From positions 45,942,001-46,006,000 of the forward strand of contig CAIIXF020000001.1 of NCBI GenBank assembly GCA_903813345.2: a DNA stretch of 64,000 nt, read 5' to 3'. Each line of letters starts with the position of its first letter. Position 1 is the first letter of the stretch. Origin of the DNA: Owenia fusiformis (lineage: Eukaryota). Below are positions 38,810 through 52,000 of the stretch, piece after piece. Under the pieces are notes generated by a model. It was not told the DNA's origin and made no database searches. It saw only the letters and a program-made list of their open reading frames with translations. A program made the translations under genes and the position numbers.

Positions 38810-40271
38810 CACAGAGATTTGACTAGTTCTACTACATGTATTTAGGGTGAATGAAGATCCAGTTATAATGTGATCCATGTCTCCTCTGTCTCAGCGCTTG
38901 CGGCTTATCTTATTTATTTTGAATAAATAAAGAAGTGTTATCATTGAGACAAGAGAAGTTCTTTGAAAAGTTGATGTAAAGGTGTTTTAGTGGATATGTA
39001 TGATGCAATAGAGGCATTTCTAGAAGTACAAATGTTGATAATTTAATGTGTTTCAATGCACTTGTATTGAAAATCGGAGCAAATGTGACATAGGAATAAT
39101 TGCTGTATACACTATAAATACCGTTTATGACGGTACTGTTTATATGATCATGAGTATGAATAAATATTAAATAAATGAAATAAAAGTATTATGTGATTTA
39201 ATTATTCTATGCAAGTCAAATATTAATGCAATGCCTTGTCGAACCAATCAAGGAATAAAGTAAGAAGCCGTTCTAACGACATTTGGCCTCTAGTAGATAT
39301 GATACAGAGGAACTTAAAATACTATTTCAAAATTGAGCATAATGTGTGACCTTGACTTGACTTTGACCTCAAAGTAATACGACCTTATCCTCATGAACAT
39401 GTAGGGTTACAGCATGGGCATTCAATAGCTATTGAAAGCCCATGGTTACAGTAAAACCTATACACCCGGAATACCTCCCAGTGTGACAGCGTTTTGGTCC
39501 CACTTTTTGATCTGCCATTGGTTTCCATTATGAATACTTTTGGTCATTGCCGGTAATAACTGGGCATAATGTTAAATATATGGGGCAATGACGTCTGACG
39601 AGTTCGAGAGATCTTTAGTAGTGCATGCACAATTTTGACAAAGTGCATGCTTTTAAATAACTCTTAATTTAAAAGATGGCGACACTTCTATAAAATAAAT
39701 GAATCATGTACAACAAACAACTTCGCCATCTTTCATTGCGGTGGTAAATGGTTGATATATAAAAACTTGACAGATCAAAAATATTTTTAATAATTTATTG
39801 TAAGTTTTGATTTGTTTGAGCTGTTTTTGATGTCTAATGAAAGATAAAGTACTTGTCAATCTTTGGAAATACTATGAAGTTCAAAAGTATAAGTCTATTT
39901 TGCCAAAAAATGTTGAAAATACGCATAGTGAGGCTTTAAGTATTGCATATAATAAATTAATGTAAGTATTTGTCTATATAAAATACGTAACTGTTCAATA
40001 TAATGGAGTAGGCCAAAAGAAGTTTGAGTTTAATCTTTGAGTTTATCTACTTGACTTTTGTTGATAAAATATAAACTGACTTGCCGGATGACCTTATTTT
40101 GAGATAACTCTGTACTAAGTTAATGAATGAAAAATAGACAGTCTTTACCCATAATACAAAATGCACTTTATCTATTTTATTCTAATTCAAGCTTACATGT
40201 AATCACATCATGAATCCTTAGTCTAGAAATAAACTTATTCCTACGAGAATAAAATAATCATAAAAGTTTAC

Positions 40272-43200
40272 ATGGCTGGTTTGAGATCACTTCGAGGGAT
40301 TCTTGGAGTCCCACGTAGAACAAGCCTAGGGCAAAAATGTCTGTTTTCGTATTACCCAGTTAATGACAGCCTCTATGGATTATCATCTGAACTCATACAG
40401 GTAAGTATAAGATCATTCACATTTACTTGTTCTTTAAGATGAATTTTAAAAGCATTTGCAATTTTTGGAATACATAGTTCTGTAAATGATAGAAACTAAG
40501 CCGCCTGTGGTCATTTGAAACAAAGGAATAGAGTTTCTCCAATTTAAACTAGTATGTATGAACATCTTTCAGCTTCGAGAGACAGTATTTAACTTTGCCA
40601 AGAAGGAGATAGCTCCATACGCTGCAGAGGGAGATGAAAGCAATGCATTTCCTGGCTTCAGAGAGAAGATGTACAAACTGGGACAAATGGGGCTACTAGG
40701 CATGACCGTTCCAGGTAAACTGACCAAAATTCTAGTCTTGCCAAATAATGAATCCCATCTCCCTCCCTCCTGCCGAGGACGGAGAAAAGTGAGGGGGTAA
40801 AGGATCTTATTGCAACTTTACTAACCTACTGTATGATATCCAATTCAATTTTTCAGCTGAATTTGGAGGTTCTGATGCGGGCTATCTGGCTCAATGTATA
40901 GCAACAGAAGAACTATCACGGGCATCTGCATCATTTGGAGCATTATATTGCGCACATACAAACCTTTCCATGAACAATATAGTACTCAATGGTACCACAG
41001 AACAGAAGGAAAGGTTTCTTCCCAAAGTAGGTAGAGTCGTGGTCACGTTCTAATAAAAACCAAATTAAGATAACCGAGGCTTTGAGATTAAAAGAATATA
41101 CAAGAGTTCGTTTTTACAATCTCAATTGAAGAATCGTTTTTGTGGATGCTTAGCTGCCCATGGAAGGCATGTATTGCTTAATTTTGTGATAAACGAGAGT
41201 AAATCGGTTTATGAGTATACTGTATCTCAATTTGTGAAAACTTCTAAACTCATAGTTACTGAAAACAAGGTGAGGGAACAGCTGAACACTAAAACCAGAT
41301 GATTACCGAACGTTCACTAGAAATATTGCAAATATGACATTTCCTTTATGTTTATTTCATATCTTTTCAAGAAATGTAAATCTATACAATTTAACTTATG
41401 ATTCAAAACTGGTATCTTTGCTCAATTAACTTACAAATGGTATAAAATGGGAATCGAAGTCCCTGTGTAGATATGTTGTTTGAGTGAATATGTATGCACC
41501 TGTATTTCTAGATGTGTTCTGGTGAGTTACTGGGAGCTGTGGCTATAAGTGAGACAACAAGTGGCTCAGATGCCGTCAGTATGAAATTACATGCAGAACG
41601 TCAAGGTATAGGCATACCCCTTAGTTTTTTGAAGTTTTTTTGTTATCTAAAACGGCACAATTTAGTCAACACGATTTTATATACCATGTACCTTATTCTC
41701 AATTTCAAAACATATACTTAGTGATTTCAAAAAGTGGGGCAACATGTTAATATTAACCTTTTGAAGCTGCTCCGTGAAGTCTAGTTTTCATGTGCAAAAG
41801 AAAAAATCAGAAATCCTGAAGACAAAAACGTTATGCAACATTATGTGGGTGGCACTTTTTGTGTCACCCTGTACCATCTGTAATATTTAACATAGTGTAT
41901 ATAGACCCATAATTTTATAGCTCTGGTGATTTAAACTTTTCAATTTGCAGATGGCAATTATAGGTTGAATGGTACGAAAACTTGGATATCTAATGGACCA
42001 GAAGCAGATATCCTTCTAACTTATGCCACAACCGACTCCACAAAGAAACAGCATGGCATCACAGCATTTATAGTGGAAGCTGTAAGTATTTATGTACAAC
42101 AAATAGTTAATATAAACGGCCATGATCTCAACCTGACGAAGGCATTTCAAAAGCATTATAACCGCTAGGATATCATTTGACCCACCCCTAGAATTTGTAA
42201 ACCACCGGTTCCATGAATAAAATCTCCAATTACTCAGGAAAAATTCAGCAGTCAAACACAAAACTTAAATATGTTTTAATTCACTGGAATAGTAACTGAT
42301 TATTGTACACTAATCAGATTCAGAAAAAATTCGATCTGTTTATGCAGGCCTTCAGCGAAAACTCAACTTCCGGAGTCTAATGCCCCAGTTACATTTGATT
42401 TACGGCAACCGTACATCGGTCATAGCTTACCAAAATCGAGAGAAATATGCAGCATTAAATATAGAGATAAGCATTACAATGTAGATTTTTTATATGGATT
42501 TTATGAAACTACGTCCACCGTGCGCTCGCCGTAGAGCAAATTTGACCGAGGCTTTACATATCAAACCTGGTACTATTAATGTTACAGGATAGTCCAGGAT
42601 TCAACAAAGGGCCACCGTTTGACAAATTAGGTTTGCGGGCCATGGGGATGTGCCAGCTTTTCTTTGATGACTGTATTGTCCCAGGTAATTGCGTGTCCAT
42701 CCTTATTTATAAACAATAAGTTAGTTTCTTACTTTTGGGTTCATTAATTTAATATGGTATTACTTAACCTTAGATAAAATACAAAGTTAGAAGTTTGGAA
42801 CTACAGTGAACCTAAAGTGGGACACCTATGGAAGTGAAACAATTTTCCATTACATATTGTTAATGTTAAATGAACCTAGTAGTAAATATTTTAGTAGTAC
42901 CAACTGTGTTCCACGTACACTGGTTTTACTGTTAAGTTACTGTTAATGTTAAGTTTCAAAAAGCAGAAAATTGCAATTTTAGAATCGAACGTTTTGGGAG
43001 GTGAGAACAAAGGAGTGTATGTAATGATGCGTGGACTGGACTATGAACGACTTAACCTTGCTGCTCCACCACTCGGGTATATATAGTACTTTTGGTAAAA
43101 AATAAGTTGTCATATTTCTTTGATGCATTTTAGCTGGGCAGTTTTGTGGAAACCTTTCGATTTATCAAGAATATACGCGTCTCGAACTCGCAACCTCTTG

Positions 43201-45085
43201 GTTACGGCGCCCAATCGCCTAGTCTGAACGTGCCGGCCCTCAAACACTCTCGGCCATCTCGACAACATATTTATCATGAAAAACAAGGCAGATTTTGAAA
43301 TTCCAGGTCAGTATTTCATTTTATAGGTTTTTGATCATGTATACATTTCCTTTTCTTTTTGTTATTTTAGAATACAACAAGCATGTTGTGATGTGGCCTT
43401 TGAGTATGCCCACCAGAGGAAACAGTTTGGCAAGAACATAGGGGAATTCCAGGTAGGTACATAACAATATCATATTACATATAACTTATTCTACAGAGAG
43501 GAAATAATAGTATTTGTACGGTATAGCTTACTTGACTTCTCTGCATTTGAAATTGAGCCTAATTGACCTAATAGCATGGTTGCAATTGTAAATAGCTACA
43601 GGTATGTCTCATCACATAATTTAAGACGCTTTTCAAATAAAACTTTAAAAAGTATGGCGCATAAAGTTCATAGATCTCTTTGCATTATTTTCATTTGCCT
43701 TACTTATCTTGAATTCTGGCGACGCATCTCTAAGCTTTTAACAAAAGACACGCCAAAAGCTTTCATTTATATCTGGTAATTTCGCAGTCTTCCTATACTT
43801 GAACAAAGTTGTCAGTATTGTTGAAACAAATTTTAAAAATGGCATATCAAATGCTTAAATTCCCTTAATTTGACAATTTAGTTAATCCAAGGGAAAATGG
43901 CGGATATGTATGTTGATGTGAACGTTTGCCGGTCCCTGTTGTACAATGTGGCTAGAGCATGTGACAGAGGAGCCAAGGACCCAAAGGACTGTGCAGCTGT
44001 GATATTGCTATGTGCAGAAAAAGCAACAAAGCTAGCTCTGGATGTAGTACAAATACTTGGTAAGTAAGAGATCGAGATGTCAGATTTAAAATCACATTTT
44101 GACAGTCTGATTTTCCTTAGCCTCGACCGGACTACTAGCTTATGGGTGTCAGGATTTGGAAAATATTAAATGAATTGTTTTTGATAGGAACGACCATACC
44201 TTTAAATTAGACGTTTTTCTTTTTTTGGCTTCTTAGGTAAGATTTTGTTCAAAAAGCGTGGACAAGTCTAGTCATCAGTTAATGACAGGTGAAGGAAATC
44301 TTCAAGTGAATATAGGTCGCTGGAAAAATAACCCAACCAATGAACGACTATGCAAAATGTGCAAATGTGAAATTGAAACGTTATCTCACATGTTGCTTGA
44401 ATGTGAGCCTTTAAATGTGGAACGAACCCCCCTTCTGGATATAATGAGAGAATATGGTCTGACTGACACTACATGTACAAATCAGCAGAAGTTGAACTTT
44501 ATTTTTGACGAGGGACAGATTTTAGACTGCGAGGGACTTATAAGGATAGCACAAAGTGTTTATAAAATGTATAATATGCGACCGAAAGAGGATACGTTAA
44601 TGTAACAAAAAATGTATGATCTTAACCCAATGCGGTGAATACCTACATGTAGCATGTTATTCTTACTTACACTGTATATTAGAATGCAACTTTCTGACAT
44701 CTTAACTGTATATAGATAAAAACTGTAAATTACAAAACTACATAAAATATTGTACAAATGTTGTACTAAATTATACTCTCATACTATGTACTCATCAAAA
44801 CTGATGGATAAAATAAACATAATAATAATAATAATCAGGTCATACAACTTCCCTCGTCAAATAGGCTATGTTTTTGTAATATTCGCATTTTCGCATTTGA
44901 AATATTCGCATTTTGATAATAAAGTATCGAATTTATTTTCAGGGGGAAATGGTTACATAAATGACTACCCGGCTGGGAGGCTACTACGCGATGCAAAAGG
45001 TTGGGAGATAGCCGGTGGCACTAGTGAAATACGACGTTTGCTGATAGGGCGTGCGATTAATGCACAATACAGCCGAGGGACGTAG
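40272..45085 (+). CDS. IVD: Isovaleryl-CoA dehydrogenase-like mitochondrial acyl-CoA dehydrogenase (divergent), 10 exons, ~419 aa
   Basis: Exons: 40272-40400 (Arg-rich presequence [16 protein letters not shown]...), 40573-40714, 40857-41026, 41512-41605 ([10 protein letters not shown]), 41951-42081 ([15 protein letters not shown]), 42588-42684, 42983-43076 (GLDYERL; IVD-type catalytic Glu), 43371-43452 ([12 protein letters not shown]), 43882-44059 ([10 protein letters not shown]) and 44943-45085 ([19 protein letters not shown]...GTSEIRRL). 1260 nt, GT-AG. Whether it is the IVD ortholog or a paralog is unresolved. Confidence 0.88.
43176..43263 (-). mobile_element. tRNA-derived SINE head
   Basis: The minus strand reads GTCGAGATGGCCGAGAGTG (box A-like) ... 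GAGGTTGCGAGTTCGAGACGC (box B). Confidence 0.6.
44258..44835 (+). mobile_element. 5'-truncated LINE 3' end (RTEX-like) in IVD intron 9
   Basis: [38 protein letters not shown] (CCHC), then an AT-rich 3' UTR, AATAAA at 44812 and an (AAT)n tail at 44821-44834. Confidence 0.8.
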
Positions 45086-46235
45086 GTTTCTGACTGTACT
45101 ACTCGGACTGAACTACATCCAGGACATTATTCGATGAAACATCAAAGATTCATATAAATCTATTTTCATTCAATATTAACACACAATTGCAAATAAATAA
45201 AAAACAAATGTGTGTTGTTAAAACCTATTCAAGTTTAAACCACTTGGTGGAGAGAATAGGTAATACGAAATCACTCAAGTAAACTCTGAAAAATATCCAG
45301 ATTAAAGATGGCGAAAACATCTATCTGGAAAACATTTCAAATTGAAATAGCTTAATCCTTCTAGTTCTGCAACCAAAGGGGACGTTCTCATTTCAAAATG
45401 CTTAGTTTGTCCCATTTTTGTCATTTGGCTAGCATTCGGTCATGTTCACCTCATAAAGAATAGAGTCATATGTAAAATCGCTCGTAGTCATTTCCTGTCC
45501 GACGGGGCGTTTTTAAAGGAAATGGGAATTATGGAAAACTGTTATGAACACGTTTTCAAAAGTATTGCGTTTAATGTAAACATAGTATATGCAGCAATGG
45601 AGGCCAGTGATGAACATATATTTGAGAAAATCATCAAGATTGAGCGAAAGAACTGATGTTTAATTAAAAACCGACACTGAATTTTGGGAAAATGTCCATC
45701 TTGCAAACACACGATCCATCGGCGCCGCTAATTAAGACGGAAGTGATTCTAATTCTAATACAAGAAAGCTGTGCAAGAGGAGAATCACAATCCTTGATTT
45801 TTAGACGTCGGGGAGTTTTATAAGTTTTAAAGCACTGTTGTCTTGTATGCTCCTGCAGTGCACAACAATTAGAAATTCTAAATTCTCCCAACGGAGAGTT
45901 GATTTAATCAAGTCGATCGACTCGAGACACTTCAGTAACGTTTCAAGTTGCAAAATCAACGGCAATGGATATGGAATGCGTGGTGTTATCATCGATTACC
46001 TTATCATAATACTGCGGTGTTCTGGTTTTGATCCAATTGTTATTTTATCCAATATCAAATCGGCAACCCTAAGTGGAGTCATTTCGAATTTCATTTACGT
46101 GAGCCCCACCCATCTCAACGCTCACGTTAATTGTTGTTGGAATCGGATAAACAGATTATTGGAAATATGTACAATCTTCCAAAAGATCTGTGACTTCATC
46201 AAACGAGAGTTCTTAATTAAGATCCAAAATACGTT

Positions 46236-46820
46236 TTAGTTTAGTTTTAGTTTAAAAGAGTTTATTTTTGTGTCACTGATATTACAATATACATATAAAA
46301 TACATAATAAAAACAACATTTTGTAACATCACCAGCCGGTGCCGACTTATGAGACACAGTATACATTATATCTGAGTGTCACCCATTACTACCCCCAATG
46401 GGCAGCTTGGGTCAACATTCATAAAGACAGAGACAAAAAATGTCTCTGGTAAAAATTTATACATTAATAACCAATGATATAAATTCAGTCTGATTAATCA
46501 GTTTGGCATAAATAAGCAGTTCATGGAATCATATTGTCAATCATTATATTAAATACATATATTGCAGCTAATGTGAGATCGATATTGCATAATAAATACA
46601 TATATTGCACTAAATGAGAGTAGCATGTTGCATATGGTCAAAAATTACAATAAATACAAATATCGCACTCAATGTGAATTGTATCATGCACATGGTCGAA
46701 GACTGATATTACAATAAATACATATATTGCACTTAATGTGAGTAGCATGTTGCATATGGTCAAATATTACAATAAATATGAATATTGCACTAAATGTGAA
46801 ATACACAATGCATATGGTTG
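46236..46820 (-). repeat. Probable LINE 3' UTR with a ~58-bp tandem repeat
   Basis: (TTTAG)n plus TTTATT at 46235-46268 reads as a (CTAAA)n tail and polyA signal on the minus strand. About 4-5 units of AATAAATACATATATTGCACTAAATGTGAGTAGCATGTTGCATATGGTC lie at ~46550-46820. Confidence 0.6.
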
Positions 46821-49009
46821 TGTACGAAAAGGTCGCTCGTTCGATCTGATTCTTCTTTGAATAGAACGCATATCCAACCAGGTGTTTATTTTAGTAAAGA
46901 AATCATATCTAAAATGTCAAATTACCAAAAATGGTTGAACCGTAAGATTGTTAGCAATTTCTAGAAGATGTTTATTTTTTGAAGAAATTGTTTAATTCCC
47001 GCTCCCCATTCTAATATGATATTTTTCAAGATCACTTACATTCACCGCTGTTTCCCACATGGAACACGTGACATCGCTGATGAGACGAACAATTTGACAT
47101 GTGCCCACTTAAAACACGGCATGTTAGTTTTGAATGACATATGTATATTCACATATGTTCAATATGAAATTATGAAAGAAAATGTGTAGGTAAATGTGTT
47201 TAAATACAGGCAAATAAGGTAATAATAATAGAATTTATTTTCACAGAAAGTGAAGACCCTTATATCAATTTAGTTGAGTTGTTAGCTTGTATTCATATAT
47301 TGAAATGCCGTATTTCAATTGAAACCGCAAATTGGTGACTTTTAGTATTTGTAAAAAAGAAAATTATGAAAAACGGAAGTCTCATGCAGTCGATGTAAAA
47401 TTACATTTTCATCTGTCTACATATAGATTTGGTTGAATTTCTCAAGAACAAAAATATCATTTGCCGCAAAACAACCTCTTTCCGTTTCATCGCGTGAGGA
47501 TATACCGCATAATCAAAGGGTCATATCCACCGTAACCTTTTCAGCTATTCGATTTGGGCTTATTAGTCATTCATTTGGATAAATATACAAGAAACGTGAA
47601 CTACTACATTAAAAAGATATTATCAAATACCTCTCAGCTACGGATGTAATGTTCAGCATCGTAGGAAACGCTTTGAATGACACTGTTTCGGGTAAATTAA
47701 CGATACCTTGCTTTGTACGATAAAATCAATCAAATAGCACAATACATAGAGGCATATTTCTCACCAAGACCACTGTCTGTTTCCCCAGGTCAAGTTGAAG
47801 CAACCATTGAATGTTTTTGATCGCCATTTCAGATCAATGAAAACGTCTCCGAAAAGTGAAATAATATATACTATGAAGTGCATCTCCACTAACTCAATTT
47901 GCATCATTTATCTTACCAGTCTACCCATGTTAAATAATGACATATTCTCTTCGACATGCAACGGAAAACAACAAAACCTTTGTGGATACATCTAGCTCGA
48001 TAGGTTTTAGTAGACGGTAATACTGCCTCTATTCTTTTGTAATCTTGCTCGTTGTAGAATTGTGGATGGCGATTGGAAGAACTGTTTTGCCCATAGTAAG
48101 AAAGAAAAAATGCGATGAATGATCAAAATGGAGAGAGAATAAAGTCAAGCAAGCGTCTACCCTCATCTCAGAGTCTAGTTATTAACTACCGACGAAGCTC
48201 TCTTGGGTCAAACGAATGCAAAGGGTATCAAGCGTCAGAATGAGATAAAAGGATCCGAGTGCCAGGCTAACATTTCGAAGAAATTGGGTCGATTAAAGAG
48301 GGCAACTGTCATTTAAGAGAGATATTTGGCTTTGTAAGAATAACAAGGCCACAAATGCTCGCATATCAATCATATTCTGGATTTCAAAACATATGCGCAC
48401 ATTGTTTATTTCAAGGGGTGTAAATATGATGATGTGCTTTTAGGAGAATATAAACAGGGTTCACTTACTACTAGAGCTTACTAGTACTGCTGGTATTTAG
48501 ACGAGGCTGTTCAGGGTGAATAGAAAGGACTCTATTCAAGCCAAACAGATTCTCGATTCTACTATAAAGATTCACGAGATCGACACAGAAGGACTAATTC
48601 ATCCTCATAGAGGAATAGATGTATTCGTGTCCTACTTGCAAAGACCGGGATCGAACATTGTCGCTGTAAATGATCGACTGGAGACAGTAGCAAGGCTGAT
48701 TTTAAATATCCAGTGAATGAAAGTGTATCACTGACAGAGCTAGAGCTTTGTACTATTTGAGTAGAGCATATATTCTTCAAAGATTTAAGTATTGTTCAGC
48801 TCAGAGGATATTCTTGTCTCTTTCAGGAGAAAGGACCATGGGGCATTGTGAAACGACAGTGCGGATATGACTTACAATGGGGAGTCATGTTGGTCCACGC
48901 AACCGTATATAGTTCTACCTAAACAACTGCAATGCATTCACTTCCGAAGTAGCAAAGGTAAAATTGACTGATCGAGGAAACTAAAATGACCTGACAAGCC
49001 TTATCCAGG

Positions 49010-52000
49010 ATGCTTGAAACACGTCTCCTAGGATTTATTTATTTCGTAATTGTATCCTGGGTTGGTGAAAGCTCAAACGGTGCAATAATTGACTACGTCG
49101 AGGTGGAGACGGAAGATGGGAGACTGAGGGGAAAGGTCGTCGAAACCTTCGCAGGTAAAATATAGTAATTATAGCAATAAATCAGTTCGCTTCATCTCAT
49201 TTATTTCTGAAAATATGCAGGTTTAATTTGTTTTTGACTTAACGCATCAAGGCAAAATTGATTCAGCGTCGCATATAGGCTATTTATTATCCACATAAAC
49301 TTTTTAGAGCTTTGCTGCTATTCAGCCGACCAACCTTTTAGTTCCTTCCATAGAAATGCATTTATACCACCAAAATACAAGTCTCAAAGCACGTAACATG
49401 CATACATGTATATATAGAGGTTTAAAATAGCATATTAGAAGTCGACCTGATAACCCATTCCGTATACAAGTGCGGTTACGACAAAATGGTATCTGATTTC
49501 TAACGAGACGCATAAACAAACACGGTAAAAAATTGGGAAAGAAAGATATATCAAATATCCTCGTATAATCAAGCTGGTATATTTATCACATCTCGTAAAT
49601 CCAGGTAATGTAGCCAAAGGGCCCCATATGTTAGCAATTCGCCCGTCACTGACATCCGAGCATTACGTAACTTTTTTAAACCAAAGGTAAGGCGTCTAAA
49701 TGTGCATATAAAATGAATCACTAAGTAATGATTTCAGATTTAAAAAATCAAATTACAAAATTGGAATTTAAAAAGGAATTATCCCGATATCTCAAAAGTT
49801 AGCGTTCATTTTTCTTCATCTTATATGCATTCTTTATATTAGTTTAATTAAGTGTTACCACCAAACGGTGGTGATTTGGTACAGCCACCGTTTCAGCGGC
49901 GTCATTTTAAAAACATTGGTTGCCTGTAAAGATATACAGTAACACTTTTGTAATTGCAACCAGACTGCAGCCAGGAAGTGGTGGTGTATTGTATAATCCA
50001 GGGTTAAACGAATTAAACATATTAAAATATGTACAATCAACGTTTCTGTAACCAGCGCTCGGCATGGGCGGCGGCGTTCGGTGTCTTTAAAAGTGATTGT
50101 AAGTTTGAGAAAATAGTCACACGTTTGTTACAAATTCAAACGGTTAATCATTGCAACCAGGCTGCAACTAAGGAGTGGTGATATGTTATCGCCACCGTTG
50201 TTTTGTGACTAGCGTTTGGCGTGGGCGTCGGCGTTCGGCGTCTTCAAATTGGTTGCAAGTATGTAAAAATAGTTACACTTTTGTAATAAACGGTTAGCAA
50301 TTGCAGCTAGGCTGCAACCAAGAAGTGTTTTTGTGACCAGTGTTCGGCATAGGCATCGGCGTTCGGCGTCTGTAAATAGTGGTGCACGTCTGTAAAATGT
50401 AGTCTGTAACAAATGGTCACACTTTTTAAATTGTAACAAGGAGGCTTAATTTTATCAGGTCAGTGCTTTGTTGAAAATAGAGCCCGTCTATAAAAAGCAG
50501 GCCGTGATTGAAAAAATAACGCTAAAATTGCAAAGAAAAGTATCTCTCCACACCTCTCATAAATATGAGTGTTTTAAGGAATACCACGTTGAGCTACCAA
50601 TTCCAACTAAAATGTAAATAGTTGTAAGTTGCAACTTACCTAGCTAAAACCATTTTTCTAAGGGCTATCATGATATGTCTAACCCAAATTTTGGACTAAC
50701 TGGTGAAGTATTCTGACAAGCGTTAACTACTGATACAATCGCAATCCACGTGTAAATGACAGGGGGTCCCCACTATAAATCATCATGGGCTAGAACCACT
50801 GAGCTTTAGATGCCAGATATTTGCGTATAGCTGTAAAACAAAACTACTTTCTGTTTCCCTGAAATTTATACTCCTGTTAAGCATGGCAGGATCAGCTGCC
50901 AATGTTTAATAATTCGTATCTGAAAAACGATCAACATTTACGTATTGATCGGAAGTAAACGAATTATAAATAATACATCGTATGAAAGACTGCAAAGGAA
51001 AATAAATATAAAAATGGAACGACAAGCTGACAATAAGGTGTTTTAATAAACGTTTTCAGAATCGATTTAAACTGGGGATGTTATGATCAGAAGTACAGTC
51101 CCCTCCATAAGTTTGGCAACCTTTTCCCCCCATTGAACTACATGTTAAAGCCTCCTTACGTTTGAATTTTTATTTACTTAACCGGCGATGAAATAACAAA
51201 TGATATTGATGGAAACGTAACTTGACTTTATTTCCAATACCTCCAAATTTTCTCAATTTTTTCCTCAATTACAATAGGTCGAAAATTGATGATAAATTTG
51301 ATGAATTTTTGAAAATCGTCATTCCCATGTAATCCAATGGGAAATGGAGGGTTCGGGGCAAATCAGAAACCAGGATATCTTTTCAGTAAAAGATTCAGCA
51401 AAAAATATTTTTATATAGAAAATTGAATTGTCTAACTTTTTTGAACACTAAGTGTTTAGTTTATTTGATGAATATTAAAGTTACAGCGCTTCAAAGTCAT
51501 TTTTGAAAATAATTTTTCCCCTCCTGTGTTATTTCAATGGGAGAGATTTTTTGAAAAACAATTTTGACTTTAAAGCCCTATAACTTTTTTGAACCTGAAG
51601 AAACATATCAATTTTTTGTTAAATAAAGTTAGCAATTTCAATTGCCTGCCTAACTCGTATTTTTTGCAAGGACTCGGATGGATGGATATTCTGTCATATG
51701 ACTTGCGGCAAACCTACCATTTCTCATTGGTAAACATGGGAATGTCGATTTTCAAAAATTCATCAAATTTATCATCAATTTTCGACCTATTGTAATTGAG
51801 GAAAAAAATTGAGAAAATTTGGAGGTATTGGAATTAAAGTCAAATTACGTTCCCATCAATATTATAAGTATTTTCATTGCAGGTTAAGTAAATAAAAATT
51901 CAAAGGTAAAGAGGCTTTAACACGTAGTTCAATGGGGGAAAAAAGGTTGCCAAACTTATGGAGGGGAGTGTATTTTGAAAAAATGTATAGAGACACTTGG

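Noticed and set aside
45664..46239. 133-aa ORF and a possible Penelope RT remnant (FLDV)
   Set aside because: No coherent domain, only a 4-residue motif among stops.
46550..46820. CRISPR-like repeat array
   Set aside because: The context is eukaryotic, the units are degenerate tandem copies without unique spacers, and there are no cas genes.
48516..48716. 66-aa ORF upstream of the esterase-like gene
   Set aside because: GTG start, no recognisable homology or splice context. It may be 5' UTR or intergenic.
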